Below, piece by piece: positions 14,807-24,815 of a stretch of 38,675 bases of DNA; position 1 is the first letter of the stretch; every line of letters starts with the position of its first letter. Source of the DNA: Dehalococcoidales bacterium (lineage in GTDB: Bacteria > Chloroflexota > Dehalococcoidia > Dehalococcoidales > E44-bin46); contig JAZGHN010000045.1 in assembly GCA_036481135.1 (NCBI GenBank), positions 1 to 38,675 on the forward strand. Direction: 5' to 3'. The notes under the pieces were generated by a model that worked only from the letters and a program-made list of their open reading frames with translations, was not told the DNA's origin and ran no database searches. The translations under genes were made by a program, and so were the position numbers.

Positions 14807-15436
14807 ATGACCAAGGTTGTTTTTATGTTCCTATTTTTAGGCTCTGTGGCAGTAATTTCGTTGTCAGGGGTGATGATGCCTGGCCCTGTATTTGCTGTCA
14901 CCCTGGCTAGAAGTTATAAGTCCCAGTTTGCCGGCATGCGGGTAGCTTTGGGGCATGCCTTGGTAGAAATCCCGTTAATGCTGCTGATATACTTTGGCTT
15001 TGCCTCGTTCTTTCAGGAGGCGCTGGTTCAAAAGGTTCTGTATTTAGTGGGTGGGGCTGTCCTGGTGTGGTTGGGCATAGGGACATTAAGAGCCAGGGGC
15101 AGGGTGGTGGAGGAGGGTAGGGACTCGCCTCATAAATCGGTTGTTGCCGGTGCGGTTACCAGTGCCCTCAACCCATTCTTTGTTCTGTGGTGGGCAACCA
15201 TAGGCAGCATGCTTATCATGAAGTCCCTAATCTTTGGCTTAATCGGATTTATTCTGTTTGCTGTGGTTCATCTGCTCTGTGATTTTGGCTGGCTGTCCTT
15301 TGTTTCCGTTCTTGGCCATCGGACTAAATTCCTGTGGGGGGGAAGATTTCGGGATGGGTTATTCATTGCCTCCGGCGCGCTGCTTATCGGATTTGGGAGC
15401 TGGTTCCTCAGTTCAGGATTCCAGGTAACAGTTTAA
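14807..15436 (+). CDS. LysE/RhtB family amino-acid exporter
   Basis: About 209 aa from the ATG at 14807 (MTKVVFMFLF..), with six hydrophobic segments. PGPVFAVT near the N-terminus and NPFFVLWW are typical of LysE-type translocators. The track start at 14747 is a GTG adding a non-hydrophobic 20 aa. Confidence 0.7.
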   Translation: MTKVVFMFLFLGSVAVISLSGVMMPGPVFAVTLARSYKSQFAGMRVALGHALVEIPLMLLIYFGFASFFQEALVQKVLYLVGGAVLVWLGIGTLRARGRVVEEGRDSPHKSVVAGAVTSALNPFFVLWWATIGSMLIMKSLIFGLIGFILFAVVHLLCDFGWLSFVSVLGHRTKFLWGGRFRDGLFIASGALLIGFGSWFLSSGFQVTV

Positions 15437-15466
15437 CTCCTTTATTATAATGGTAGGGGATATGCT

Positions 15467-16498
15467 ATGAAAGTAGGTTATGTCTATCATCCCATATATC
15501 TCAAACATGACACCGGACAGCATGTGGAGGGGGCGAGGAGGCTGGAGGCGATTATTTCCCATCTGGAGGAGACCGGGCTTAACCAGCGACTGGTATCCAT
15601 CCCCCCTCGCGCTGCCACCATTGAGGAGATATCATTGGTGCACCATAAGCAGTATATAGAGCATATTGGGGAGGTAGCGCGGAAGGGTGGGGGGTGGCTG
15701 GATGCCGATACCGTAATGTCGTCTCATTCCTATGAGGCAGCTTGCTATGCTGCTGGTGGCGTCATTAGTGCCACTGGAGCGGTTATAGATGGAGAGGCAA
15801 ACAGTGCCTTTGCCTTGGTCAGACCCCCAGGGCATCATGCCACCGCTGCCCAAGCTATGGGCTTCTGTCTATTTAATAATGTAGCTATTGCCGCTAAATA
15901 TGCTCGGAATAAATATAAGCTGGAGCGCATTGTTATTATTGATTTTGATGTGCATCATGGCAATGGCACTCAGGAAGCTTTCTATGATGACCCTCAAGTG
16001 CTTTACATATCAACCCACCAGTCTCCATTTTACCCGGGGACGGGTGGTATGGAGGAAACTGGTGGTGGAGTGGCTGGGGGAACCACGGTTAATATACCGC
16101 TGCCGGCTGGCTGTGGTGATGCTGAATATCTCTCTGTCTTTAGAGAGGTTGTCGTTCCAGCGGCTAAACGGTTCGACCCCCAGCTCATTTTGGTGTCGTC
16201 GGGCTACGACCCTCACTGGGTTGACCATTTAGCCATGATGCAGGTAAGCACTGCCGGTTTTGCTGAGATGGTGAAAATCGTTAAGGGGCTGGCTGATGCG
16301 CTATGTGGCGGTCGAGCGGTCTTTTGCTTGGAGGGGGGCTACCATCCCAGGGCGCTTTCCTGTTCAGTAAAAGCGACCTTTGATGTGCTTCTGGGCGATG
16401 CTGATATTGAAGACCCGCTGGGTCCATCAACTGGCTCAGAGGCTCCTGATATTGCCCCCCTGGTTAAGGCGATAAAGGAAGTACACGGTCTGCCTTAG
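15467..16498 (+). CDS. histone deacetylase-family (class II-like) acetyl-lysine/acetylpolyamine amidohydrolase
   Basis: 343 aa with RPPGHHA, DFDVHHGNGTQ and EGGYH, which are the zinc-binding and catalytic motifs of the arginase/deacetylase fold. Confidence 0.85.
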   Translation: MKVGYVYHPIYLKHDTGQHVEGARRLEAIISHLEETGLNQRLVSIPPRAATIEEISLVHHKQYIEHIGEVARKGGGWLDADTVMSSHSYEAACYAAGGVISATGAVIDGEANSAFALVRPPGHHATAAQAMGFCLFNNVAIAAKYARNKYKLERIVIIDFDVHHGNGTQEAFYDDPQVLYISTHQSPFYPGTGGMEETGGGVAGGTTVNIPLPAGCGDAEYLSVFREVVVPAAKRFDPQLILVSSGYDPHWVDHLAMMQVSTAGFAEMVKIVKGLADALCGGRAVFCLEGGYHPRALSCSVKATFDVLLGDADIEDPLGPSTGSEAPDIAPLVKAIKEVHGLP

Positions 16499-17410
16499 TC
16501 ATTTCCTGTCCCGCAAAGTGCAGGAAGCAGTGCACTCTTTACACTCCCCGCTACATGGTTCAACGTGAGTGGTTACGCTGGTGTTAGGCAGCCTGGCCTT
16601 AATACATTGCTCTATGCGGTCACACATTTGGTGTGCCTCTTCCACATTAACATCTTTGGGCACGGTCAAATGTAGCTCAACATAGCGCTGAGCTCCTGCT
16701 TTACGGGTGCGCAGGTCGTGGAAATCGACTAGCTGGTAACCTTGCTCCGTAATGCAAGACCTTATGGCATCCTCTTCTGCTTTGGGCAACTTGGTGTCAA
16801 TTAGTGGACCGAATGACTTCCTTAGGACGCCATAAGCTGCTTTTATGATGATTGCAGATATGCCCAGGGCAATAATAGGGTCAAGAATGTTGAGTCCGGT
16901 AAAGCGTATGGCTATTAGCCCGGCCAGTACTGCAGCAGCAGAGTAGACATCAGCGGCAATGTTGTGGGCGTTTGCCTCCAGTGCTATGGAATCGGTGGCT
17001 CGTGCTACCTTAAGCAAGTGGCGTGAGAGCAAGATGCTAGCTATTATGGAGGCTACCATCACCCCGATACCGGCGCCGGTTAGCTCTACTGTTGCCCCTA
17101 CTATTATCTTGTGTATTGCCGCATAGATTATACAGCCACCAGCAGCAAAAATAAGCGCTGCCTGTCCTACTGCCGCGATATTCTCCACCTTGCCATGACC
17201 GAAGGGGTGTTCCTTATCAGCTGGCTTGGCAGCTATTTTAATTGCGTAGAAGGTGATGGCGACGGCAAGTAGATCGAGGAGGCTATCTATTCCTTGGGCG
17301 AGAATACTGATGCTCTCTGTTATCACTGCCACCACTAACTTGGCCGCAACTAACCCGATGATAACTATAAGGGAAAGTCTAATCGCACCTCTTATAGTGG
17401 AAAACATCAC
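16499..17410 (-). CDS. cation diffusion facilitator (CDF) family metal efflux transporter
   Basis: 303 aa with six TM helices. It has DSLLDLL in TM2, HNIAADVYS in TM5 and a cytoplasmic C-terminal domain, plus a Cys-rich tail CSGECKECTASC. Its start overlaps the secF stop. Confidence 0.8.
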   Translation of the reverse strand: MMFSTIRGAIRLSLIVIIGLVAAKLVVAVITESISILAQGIDSLLDLLAVAITFYAIKIAAKPADKEHPFGHGKVENIAAVGQAALIFAAGGCIIYAAIHKIIVGATVELTGAGIGVMVASIIASILLSRHLLKVARATDSIALEANAHNIAADVYSAAAVLAGLIAIRFTGLNILDPIIALGISAIIIKAAYGVLRKSFGPLIDTKLPKAEEDAIRSCITEQGYQLVDFHDLRTRKAGAQRYVELHLTVPKDVNVEEAHQMCDRIEQCIKARLPNTSVTTHVEPCSGECKECTASCTLRDRK

Positions 17411-18324
17411 CCACCACCTGCTTTAGCGAAAACTCTGCGGAAGAGCCTGCCCCATTCCCTCCTCTCCCAGACTATCAGTAGATTGGGGGCAATACAGATA
17501 GAGCTGAAGGTTCCGGCAACGATGCCGATTAACAACACCACAGCAAAGTTCTGAATTGATGCCCCAACAAAGAGTAGCAGCGCCAATACCACAAATAGGG
17601 TGGTTAGGCTGGTATTCAGGGAGCGGCTGAGGGTCTCAACTAGGCTATTATTAACTACAACCTTAAAGTCGGGGCTTACCCCTCTTTTTAAATTCTCTCT
17701 TATTCTATCAAAAACGACAACGGTATTATTCACACTATAGCCAACAACAGCCAGGATGCCGGTGATAAACATTAGATTGATTTCCCAGCCAAGTACACCA
17801 CCGAGAATAGAGAAAATGCCCAGTGCCACCAGGGAATCGTGGCCCAGGGCTATTATGGCGCAGGTACCATAGCGGAAGGGCTTTGGCATCTTACGAAATG
17901 CCCAGGTGATATAGAGCAGTATGCCAACGGCAGCTACACCTATGGCGATGCCTGCGTTGCGTGCCGTCTCAGCAGCTACCATTGGTGATACTGAATAGAA
18001 TTCCGATTCAGAGGTGGGCCCAAACCTAGCTGTTAGGGCATTCGTCAGCTCTGCCTTATCTTCACTGGTTAACTCCCCGGTGCGGATAAGGAAATCGCCC
18101 TCCCCGGTTTGTTGAATAATAGCATTGGGGTAATCTAGGCCGGTCAGTTCCTGTTTCAGGGCATTCTCATCTATCTCTTGCTCAAAATGAACGGTCATCA
18201 TAGAACCGCTGCTGAACTCAATCCCGGGCTTGAGGCCAAAGTTTGCCAGCGAAATAATACTAACCAGGATGATTATTCCCGAGATGATGAAGAACCGAAA
18301 CCTTTTGCCTACAATATCAGTCAT
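17407..18324 (-). CDS. secF: protein translocase subunit SecF
   Basis: 305 aa and follows secD with a 4-nt overlap. It has the typical GIEFSSG periplasmic-domain start and a six-TM pattern (FDRIREN motif). Confidence 0.9.
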   Translation of the reverse strand: MTDIVGKRFRFFIISGIIILVSIISLANFGLKPGIEFSSGSMMTVHFEQEIDENALKQELTGLDYPNAIIQQTGEGDFLIRTGELTSEDKAELTNALTARFGPTSESEFYSVSPMVAAETARNAGIAIGVAAVGILLYITWAFRKMPKPFRYGTCAIIALGHDSLVALGIFSILGGVLGWEINLMFITGILAVVGYSVNNTVVVFDRIRENLKRGVSPDFKVVVNNSLVETLSRSLNTSLTTLFVVLALLLFVGASIQNFAVVLLIGIVAGTFSSICIAPNLLIVWERREWGRLFRRVFAKAGGG

Positions 18325-19898
18325 TGTCCTTTCCCTGAATAGGTACTAAATAGCGAGGTTCTCTGTGCCCAGCGGGTGCCGGCAAATATACGAAGGAGGG
18401 TGCGGGTAACCACAATGGCGGTAAACATGCTCATGCCTACACCAATGGCTAAAGTTAGGGCAAAGCCCATAACCGGCGCACTCTCCACAATCCTGCTTCC
18501 TAATATATAGAGGATGCCGCAGATAATTAAGGTGGTTATATTACTATCCCTGATAGCTGGCCAGGCTCGGCCAAAGCCAGCCTCAACAGCTGCCCCTAAT
18601 GTCCGACCTAGCCTCAATTCCTCTTTCATTCGCTCAAATATAAGTATATTGGCATCTACTGCCATACCTATAGACAGGACAAAGCCGCCAATACCAGCTA
18701 GAGTTAGGGTCACCGGTACCAATTTGAAGATGGCTAGGACGAATGCCACGTAGAAGGTTAAAGCCAGACTGGCTAGACCCCCGGGCAGGCGATAATAGAT
18801 ACCCATAAATAGCATAACCAGTACTATCCCGATTAGTCCCGCCATGAGACTCATGTCGATGAAGTCAGCTCCCAGGGTGGCTGACACCTTTTGCTGATAA
18901 AGGGGCGGTTTCTCCAGGGGCATGGGCAGGGAACCAGATTCAAGCAGGATTGCCAAATGGGTTACCTCATCAGGGGTAAACTGGCCGGTGATAGACGCTG
19001 TACCGCCATACGCTGGCTGCAAAATCTGGGGCGACGAAATGAGTGTATTGTCCAAGAAAATACCCAGCGCCCGCTGTGGAGAGCCATAAAGTCCTGAATT
19101 ATAAATACTCAGGGCAATCTGGTCGAAGATTATTCCCCCTTCTTCATTCCAGATGATATTGACCCCGGTTTCGGTGCCGGTGATTCCGGCGGTGGCATAA
19201 GCCGTGGCTTCATCGAGAAAGCTGCCGGTAAGCTGAGTCCCATCATCACCCCGGGCTGGAACCCAGGATAACAGTGCCGGTGAAAATGGGGCTAGCTCCC
19301 CTATTATCCCGGCCACAGCTTGCCTCGCTTCCCCGGTGCTTATGGGGTTGCCTTCCTTATCTATATATTGCAGTTCACCCTGTTCATCCTTTACCAGGAA
19401 GACTGCAGGGCTGCCCTCGTTGTCGACGAATATGCGGGAGCCCTCCTCCTCACCATTATAGAAATCGGTGCGCCCCTCATCCAGATAGGAGGTCAGATAA
19501 ACCGGTTCCCCTTCCTCATTCAGCTCTACCTCTCTGAACTCCAGAAAACCGGTTTGTTCTACCAGTCTCTTCGCTTCGTCGATATCGGTGAATCCGGGGA
19601 GCTGCACCAGGATGCGCCCGCCCTCCTGGCTCTGGATGATAGGCTCGGCGACGCCGTATTTATCAATGCGGTGTCGAATAGTCTCCAGCGCCCTATCTAC
19701 ATCTCTTGCTTTGTCCGCTCTGGTAGCTCCCTCAGGGAATTGAGCTTGATACACTAAATGGCTACCACCAACAAGGTCAAGCCCCAGTCGTATTCCCTTC
19801 TTGCCCAAAATCCCCTCATTGAGGGGAAAGACTACAAGCAAGGCAATGGTGAAAATAATACTTATTATAATAAGAGTTATTCTATTTCCTTTACTCAT
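18321..19898 (-). CDS. secD: protein translocase subunit SecD
   Basis: 525 aa with GLDLVGG, a large periplasmic domain, and a C-terminal six-TM bundle containing AVDANILIFERMKEE. Confidence 0.9.
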   Translation of the reverse strand: MSKGNRITLIIISIIFTIALLVVFPLNEGILGKKGIRLGLDLVGGSHLVYQAQFPEGATRADKARDVDRALETIRHRIDKYGVAEPIIQSQEGGRILVQLPGFTDIDEAKRLVEQTGFLEFREVELNEEGEPVYLTSYLDEGRTDFYNGEEEGSRIFVDNEGSPAVFLVKDEQGELQYIDKEGNPISTGEARQAVAGIIGELAPFSPALLSWVPARGDDGTQLTGSFLDEATAYATAGITGTETGVNIIWNEEGGIIFDQIALSIYNSGLYGSPQRALGIFLDNTLISSPQILQPAYGGTASITGQFTPDEVTHLAILLESGSLPMPLEKPPLYQQKVSATLGADFIDMSLMAGLIGIVLVMLFMGIYYRLPGGLASLALTFYVAFVLAIFKLVPVTLTLAGIGGFVLSIGMAVDANILIFERMKEELRLGRTLGAAVEAGFGRAWPAIRDSNITTLIICGILYILGSRIVESAPVMGFALTLAIGVGMSMFTAIVVTRTLLRIFAGTRWAQRTSLFSTYSGKGQ

Positions 19899-19905
19899 CT
19901 TTTGC

Positions 19906-21477
19906 TTAACTGGGATTATTTATTGGCTTCGCCTTCCTTTTTGAGGAGTGGGTATCGGGATATGAAGCTAATAAGCGTTTGATGTAGGATATTGCCTCCT
20001 CCTTTGTAGTTAGCTCTCCCGAAGCCTGTGCTTCACGCACTGTCTCCAGAAGTTCTCCAATTTTAGGCCCTGGGCTGATACCAAAGATATTCATTATATC
20101 ATGCCCATCAATCAACTTGGGTGGAGCAACCAAACTCTCCTGGTCAAAGTGCTGGTCCAACACATAGTTTGTCCTTTGAGCATGCTCCCGCCATTGAGCC
20201 AGATTTAGATGGGGGCCTCTGGTGGCTAAATGGTCAGCCAGACTTAAGAATAGTATATCAATGCCCGCCTCTCCGGCATCACGAAAGTAGCGGTAAATAG
20301 CCCGACTGGAGGGAAGCTCATCATGGCTCATCTGCCCCGGCCTAAGGTGATATCTTACCATAATTTCCACTAACTTTGTCTCTTTAGTAGTGAACCTTAG
20401 CCTTTCCAGGATACCTGCTGCTGTAGCTGCTCCTTCTTTGGCATGCCCTAAAAAGCGCATTCGACCGTTAGCATCCATGGCTTTAGTTTGGGGTTTGGCA
20501 ATATCATGAAGAAGCGCTGCCAACTTGAGTAGTGACCTTCTGGTGCTACCGCTGCTAACCTTAAGCTCAAAGTGCTGGCTTAGCGTTGCTGACCACGGGG
20601 CAACAGCCAGGACTTCCTCATTGCCATATTCCCAGGTTCCCTGCCTGAGTAGAAAATCAACGGTAGCAACTGTCTTAAGGGAGTGGTCAAAAACATCCCA
20701 GGCGTGCTCTTTGGGCTGTTTCACTCCCTTCATCTGGGCTAGCTCCGGAATCGTGGCGGTTAATAAACCCAGCTGCTCAAGATAGGGCGCGAGTTGCTCA
20801 GCTTGAGGAATAGCCAGAAGCCGAAGTAGCTCTTCCCTTACTCGTTCACCAGCTACACTGGCGACGAGGTGGGAATAACGCTGGATTAGAGCCTCGGTCC
20901 CGGCATCAATAGTGAAGCCAAGCTCAGCAGCTAAACGCACTGCTCGGAGCAGACGTGCTGCGTCTGAGGTGAAAGCTGTCTCAGCTACAGCTCGAATCAC
21001 CTGCTGGTGAAGGTCATTCCAACCATGGAAAGGGTCTATGAGTACAGGTGGTTTGGGAGTAACTTCCTCACCCTTCCTCAGAGGGGGAAGGGTGGGGAGA
21101 TGAGGTTGGTTGGCCATCTTCCTGAGGTCAACTGCCATGGCATCAATAGTGAAATCACGTCGTGCCAGGTCCTGCTCGATGTTCCCCTCAACTGTGGAGA
21201 GGTCAAGCACCCATTGCCCCTTGGTCGAGGGTGCTTCCTTATTAGCCAGAACCACTCTGCTCACCCTATTTACCTCATCCAGCAGGACGGATTTACCACT
21301 GAGGGCAGTGGCTACCTTGGGGGCAATACTCACCGCGTCTGCCTCCATGGCGATGTCGATATCAACCGTATCTCTCCCCAAGAGCACATCGCGCACAAAC
21401 CCACCAACAACATATGATTGAATACCCTGTTTGGTGAGGAAGTCGCTTACCTTGGTCAATAGCGATGAGGCCTTCAT
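19906..21477 (-). CDS. cca: CCA-adding tRNA nucleotidyltransferase / poly(A) polymerase family protein with C-terminal HD domain
   Basis: 523 aa. The N-terminal head domain has GGFVRDVLLGR..DIDI and the RRDFTINA-like RRDFTIDA. An HD region follows (LLHDIAKP, GHAKEG). The choice between CCA, CC and A-adding specificity cannot be determined from sequence. Confidence 0.8.
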   Translation of the reverse strand: MKASSLLTKVSDFLTKQGIQSYVVGGFVRDVLLGRDTVDIDIAMEADAVSIAPKVATALSGKSVLLDEVNRVSRVVLANKEAPSTKGQWVLDLSTVEGNIEQDLARRDFTIDAMAVDLRKMANQPHLPTLPPLRKGEEVTPKPPVLIDPFHGWNDLHQQVIRAVAETAFTSDAARLLRAVRLAAELGFTIDAGTEALIQRYSHLVASVAGERVREELLRLLAIPQAEQLAPYLEQLGLLTATIPELAQMKGVKQPKEHAWDVFDHSLKTVATVDFLLRQGTWEYGNEEVLAVAPWSATLSQHFELKVSSGSTRRSLLKLAALLHDIAKPQTKAMDANGRMRFLGHAKEGAATAAGILERLRFTTKETKLVEIMVRYHLRPGQMSHDELPSSRAIYRYFRDAGEAGIDILFLSLADHLATRGPHLNLAQWREHAQRTNYVLDQHFDQESLVAPPKLIDGHDIMNIFGISPGPKIGELLETVREAQASGELTTKEEAISYIKRLLASYPDTHSSKRKAKPINNPS

Positions 21478-21581
21478 ATCATCTAGAGTTAAACTATACT
21501 ACCAAAGGCATACATATATCAAGAAATAAAAAGGATTGCGGGGCAAATAGTGCCAAGATACCATTCCCATTGAGTAGGGAC

Positions 21582-21623
21582 TTGACAACTGGCATATTAA
21601 CAGCTTTAATATAGCCAATTGGC
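21582..21623 (+). promoter_or_regulatory. sigma70-type promoter plus 10-bp palindrome upstream of the HTH gene
   Basis: TTGACA (21582-21587), a 17-nt spacer, then TTTAAT (21605-21610). The perfect palindrome GCCAATTGGC at 21614-21623 ends 3 nt before the ATG. The leader would be about 10 nt with no Shine-Dalgarno. Confidence 0.5.
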
Positions 21624-21626
21624 ACA

Positions 21627-21887
21627 ATGAAAGACATGATAGTAAAGACAAGAATCTTTGAGCTATGCAATGAGCGCTACCGGAACCTATCTGAGCTAGC
21701 CCGTTCTATGGGGGTATCGATAAGCCAGATTTATCGGGTGCGTGAAGGCAGTCGCAGCATCAACCAAAAATTCATTGTTGGGGCAATAAGAGCCTTTCCT
21801 GATCACGGACTGGAGGAACTCTTTTACCTTGTCCCTGACTTGGGGGATGAGCGATTAGCAAAAGAGAGGGTGGGGAGTTCAAACTAG
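21627..21887 (+). CDS. small XRE/Cro-like helix-turn-helix DNA-binding protein
   Basis: 86 aa with an HTH signature LSELARSMGVSISQIYRVREG. Its 3' end overlaps the 3' end of the convergent priA by 9 nt. Confidence 0.65.
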   Translation: MKDMIVKTRIFELCNERYRNLSELARSMGVSISQIYRVREGSRSINQKFIVGAIRAFPDHGLEELFYLVPDLGDERLAKERVGSSN

Positions 21888-24323
21888 ACCTACGGGGTCA
21901 ATATCTACTGTCCAACCCCGGGGAATAGGTATCTGTGATAGGAAAACAGAAGGCTCCGCCCCGCGAAGTATGAGCTGCCAACGAAATCTCCCTCGTAGCC
22001 GGTGAATAAATGCTGGTGCTGGTCCAATTATACTGAGTTCATCTATTCCTTTTGCCTCTATCTCCCCCCTGAGCAGACGCTTCATTCTTTCTGCCTCTCG
22101 CTGGCAACGAGCATCGTTGGTGTGGCTATAGACCAGGCGAGCCAGCCGACTGAAGGGGGGATTGTGGAGCTGACGCCGGTAATCGATTTCTTTTTCATAA
22201 AAGGAGGCATAGTCGTGTTCAGCTGCCATCTGGATGGCGTAGTGCCCTGGGGAGTAGGTCTGAATAATAACCTGTCCCTTAGGTCCACCCCGTCCTGCTC
22301 TCCCCAGCACCTGAGATAGTAGTTGGAAGGTTCTCTCCCCAGCCCGGAAATCAGGGAAGTTTAGACTGGTATCAGCGCTGATTACCCCCACCAGGGTCAC
22401 CAGGGGTAAATCCAGTCCCTTGGCTACCATCTGTGTGCCGATAAGAATATCAGCATTGTGGGCACGGAACTTGTTTAATATCTCCTGATGAGAGTATCTT
22501 CCTCTGGTAACATCACTGTCCCACCGTAGCAACCTAGCTCTGGGGAAGGTATGACCGGCTTCCTTCTCCAATTTCTCGGTGCCAATGCCCAAAAACTTTA
22601 TCCGTTGACTTGAGCATTGAGGGCAGGTCTGAGGGACCGGCATTTTGTAGTTGCACTGGTGGCAGAGCAGAACATCCTCGGCGAAGTGGCAGGTAAGGGG
22701 AACCTCGCAGCGCCGGCAGCGGAGGACAAAGCCACAATTACGGCATTGAATAAAGGTAGCCCCTCCCCTCCGATTAAGAAATAGAATCACCTGTTCCTTA
22801 TTGTCCACCGCTTTATCTGTAGCTTGTGATAAAGAGCGACTAAAAATGCTTACATTCCCTGCCTTAAGCTCGTCTCTTAAGTCTATTACCTCGACTTGGG
22901 GTAGGGGAGAGCCTTCCTTGGGGACAACCCGTTCTGGAAGTTGAAGTAAGCGGTAGTATCCTCTTTGAGCATGATAGAAGGTCTCTACATCGGGGGTAGC
23001 ACTGCCCAGGACAACCACCGCCCCGGTTAGCTTAGCCAGCTTTATAGCGACATCACGGGTATGGTAGCGGGGTGATTTGTCCTGCTGCTTGTAAGTCCAT
23101 TCATGTTCCTCATCAATAACGATGAGGCCCAGCTCAGGTTGGGGGGCAAAAACGGCGCTTCTGGGGCCGATAACCACATCGACCCCTCCATTTCTTATTC
23201 GCTGCCACTCATCAAATTGTTCCCCCAGGGAGAGTTTGCTGTGAATGACAGCCACCTTGTGGGGAAGGCGTGAGGCAAATCGCTCTATAGTCTGGGGAGT
23301 GAGGGCAATCTCTGGAACCAGAACAATGCCTCGCTTGCCCAGCTTCACCGTCTCAGCTAGAGCCTGCAGATAGAGCTCTGTCTTGCCGCTTCCAGTAACC
23401 CCATGGAGCAAAAAAATTGCTGGCGGAGCTTGTCCTGTTGCCACCTGGAGTAGGCTTGACCTGATAGCTTTTAGAGCCGACTTTTGGGCGACGGTGAGTT
23501 TCGGTGGCGCTGATGGGGCGATGCCCTGGTAGGAAATCGGCTCGCGTTTTACCTCAATCTGTTGAAACTCGATTAAACCTTTACTGACTAGGGCATCAGC
23601 CACCGCTTTATCACAGTCGACTCTCTTCCTGGCTTCTGTCCAGGATACGGGTTCAGCCTGCCCAGCTAGGAAGTCGATGAGGGCAGCCTGTTTAATAGCT
23701 CCTTTTTGGCGCAGCTTGGCTGCTTCCTGTCGGGCTTCACCGGCCTTCACCACCAGGCGCAGGTAAGGCACTCTCTTCGGTTTTACCTTAACCCGCTCTA
23801 ATTCATAGCTCTTTGCCAGCAATCCTTGACCGATCAGTTGAGCGGTGATCAGCCTAGCTTGCCTAGCCCCTAGCACCTTTTCTAGCTCTCTGAGCTTGAC
23901 TTTGCCTTGTTGCCAAACCGATTCCAGAACATGCCTCTGTTCTCGAGTGAGAGAAGATATGTCCTGCTCATGAGGGGGTATGGGACTATAAATAAAGGTG
24001 ACCACCTTTCGCTCAAATCCCGGTGGTAGCATTAAAGCCACAGCGTTGAAAAGGGGTGATAGATAGTGCTCGCTTATCCAGCGAGCCAACGATATCTGGG
24101 GTGGTGATAGCACAGGACGAGGTTCAATAATGTCGGCTATTTCTCTGGTTTCCTCTACAGCAGGGTAGTCGGTTAATTCTAAAACGATCCCTTGGAGTGT
24201 CTTGTCGCCAAAGGGAACCCATACTGCCTGCCCCACCTCAATGCTCAGACCAGAGGGTATAGTGTAGCTAAATGTGTTACGTTGTGCTATTGGTGAGTTA
24301 ACACTAACTTCAGCATACCTCAT
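21879..24323 (-). CDS. priA: primosomal protein N' (replication restart helicase PriA)
   Basis: 814 aa with Walker A GVTGSGKTE, DEEH, and a double zinc-finger insertion CRNCG..CRRCE..CHQCN..CPQCS. The C-terminal domain is typical of PriA. Confidence 0.92.
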   Translation of the reverse strand: MRYAEVSVNSPIAQRNTFSYTIPSGLSIEVGQAVWVPFGDKTLQGIVLELTDYPAVEETREIADIIEPRPVLSPPQISLARWISEHYLSPLFNAVALMLPPGFERKVVTFIYSPIPPHEQDISSLTREQRHVLESVWQQGKVKLRELEKVLGARQARLITAQLIGQGLLAKSYELERVKVKPKRVPYLRLVVKAGEARQEAAKLRQKGAIKQAALIDFLAGQAEPVSWTEARKRVDCDKAVADALVSKGLIEFQQIEVKREPISYQGIAPSAPPKLTVAQKSALKAIRSSLLQVATGQAPPAIFLLHGVTGSGKTELYLQALAETVKLGKRGIVLVPEIALTPQTIERFASRLPHKVAVIHSKLSLGEQFDEWQRIRNGGVDVVIGPRSAVFAPQPELGLIVIDEEHEWTYKQQDKSPRYHTRDVAIKLAKLTGAVVVLGSATPDVETFYHAQRGYYRLLQLPERVVPKEGSPLPQVEVIDLRDELKAGNVSIFSRSLSQATDKAVDNKEQVILFLNRRGGATFIQCRNCGFVLRCRRCEVPLTCHFAEDVLLCHQCNYKMPVPQTCPQCSSQRIKFLGIGTEKLEKEAGHTFPRARLLRWDSDVTRGRYSHQEILNKFRAHNADILIGTQMVAKGLDLPLVTLVGVISADTSLNFPDFRAGERTFQLLSQVLGRAGRGGPKGQVIIQTYSPGHYAIQMAAEHDYASFYEKEIDYRRQLHNPPFSRLARLVYSHTNDARCQREAERMKRLLRGEIEAKGIDELSIIGPAPAFIHRLRGRFRWQLILRGAEPSVFLSQIPIPRGWTVDIDPVGLV

Positions 24324-24350
24324 CCCATGCTCCAGCGAGGTAGCTCTGAT

Positions 24351-24761
24351 TTAATCCGCTTGGCTATTCTCTTCCTGGCTATCCGCTTCTTTGATACTCT
24401 CTTTTTGGGCAGTCTCTTTGTCTACCCGCTTCTCCTTGATGCGAGCTGCCTTGGCACTGAGCCCGCGGAGATAATAGAGCTTAGCTCGGCGTACTTTTCC
24501 ATGCCGTACCACTTCCACCTTCTCGATGAGTGGCGATTGGAATAGGAAGGTGCGCTCGACGCCGACGCCATAGGCGACACGCCTCACGGTAAAACTTCCA
24601 CCGTCTGCGCTATGTCGAACCCTGATTACCACACCCTGAAATGTCTGGGTGCGTTCCTTTTCTCCCTCAGCAACCTTAACCTTGAGCTTCACCGTGTCGC
24701 CGGAAGCCAAAGCTGGGATTTTAGGGTTTGGTTTAACTTCAGTTAGTGATGCCATATTCAT
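24351..24761 (-). CDS. rplS: 50S ribosomal protein L19 (bL19) with charged C-terminal extension
   Basis: The core [22 protein letters not shown].....G....FTVRR...GVGVER.F...[18 protein letters not shown] is diagnostic. It lies downstream of trmD as in most bacteria. Confidence 0.93.
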   Translation of the reverse strand: MNMASLTEVKPNPKIPALASGDTVKLKVKVAEGEKERTQTFQGVVIRVRHSADGGSFTVRRVAYGVGVERTFLFQSPLIEKVEVVRHGKVRRAKLYYLRGLSAKAARIKEKRVDKETAQKESIKEADSQEENSQAD

Positions 24762-24815
24762 TGAATAGAATTCCTCCTAGTATCCTATAAACTATACTCC
24801 CAACGGAGTGATTTA

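Noticed and set aside
14743-14807. ORF-track alternative starts: TTG at 14743 for the NurA-like gene and GTG at 14747 for the LysE-like gene
   Set aside because: They would leave the two divergent genes with only 3 bp of intergenic DNA and so no room for promoters. Internal ATGs at 14695 and 14807 have better context (a TATAAT upstream, and a hydrophobic N-terminus starting at MTKVVFMF).
21591-21626. Sigma54 promoter, because TGGCA occurs twice (ACTGGCATATT and TTGGCACAATG)
   Set aside because: There is no TTGC element at the required 4-5 nt spacing after either GG element, and a good sigma70 -35/-10 pair explains the region.
21627-21887. Toxin-antitoxin module or prophage remnant around the XRE HTH gene
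   Set aside because: No adjacent small partner ORF with a Shine-Dalgarno is present, and there are no phage or integrase genes. The neighbours are cca and priA.
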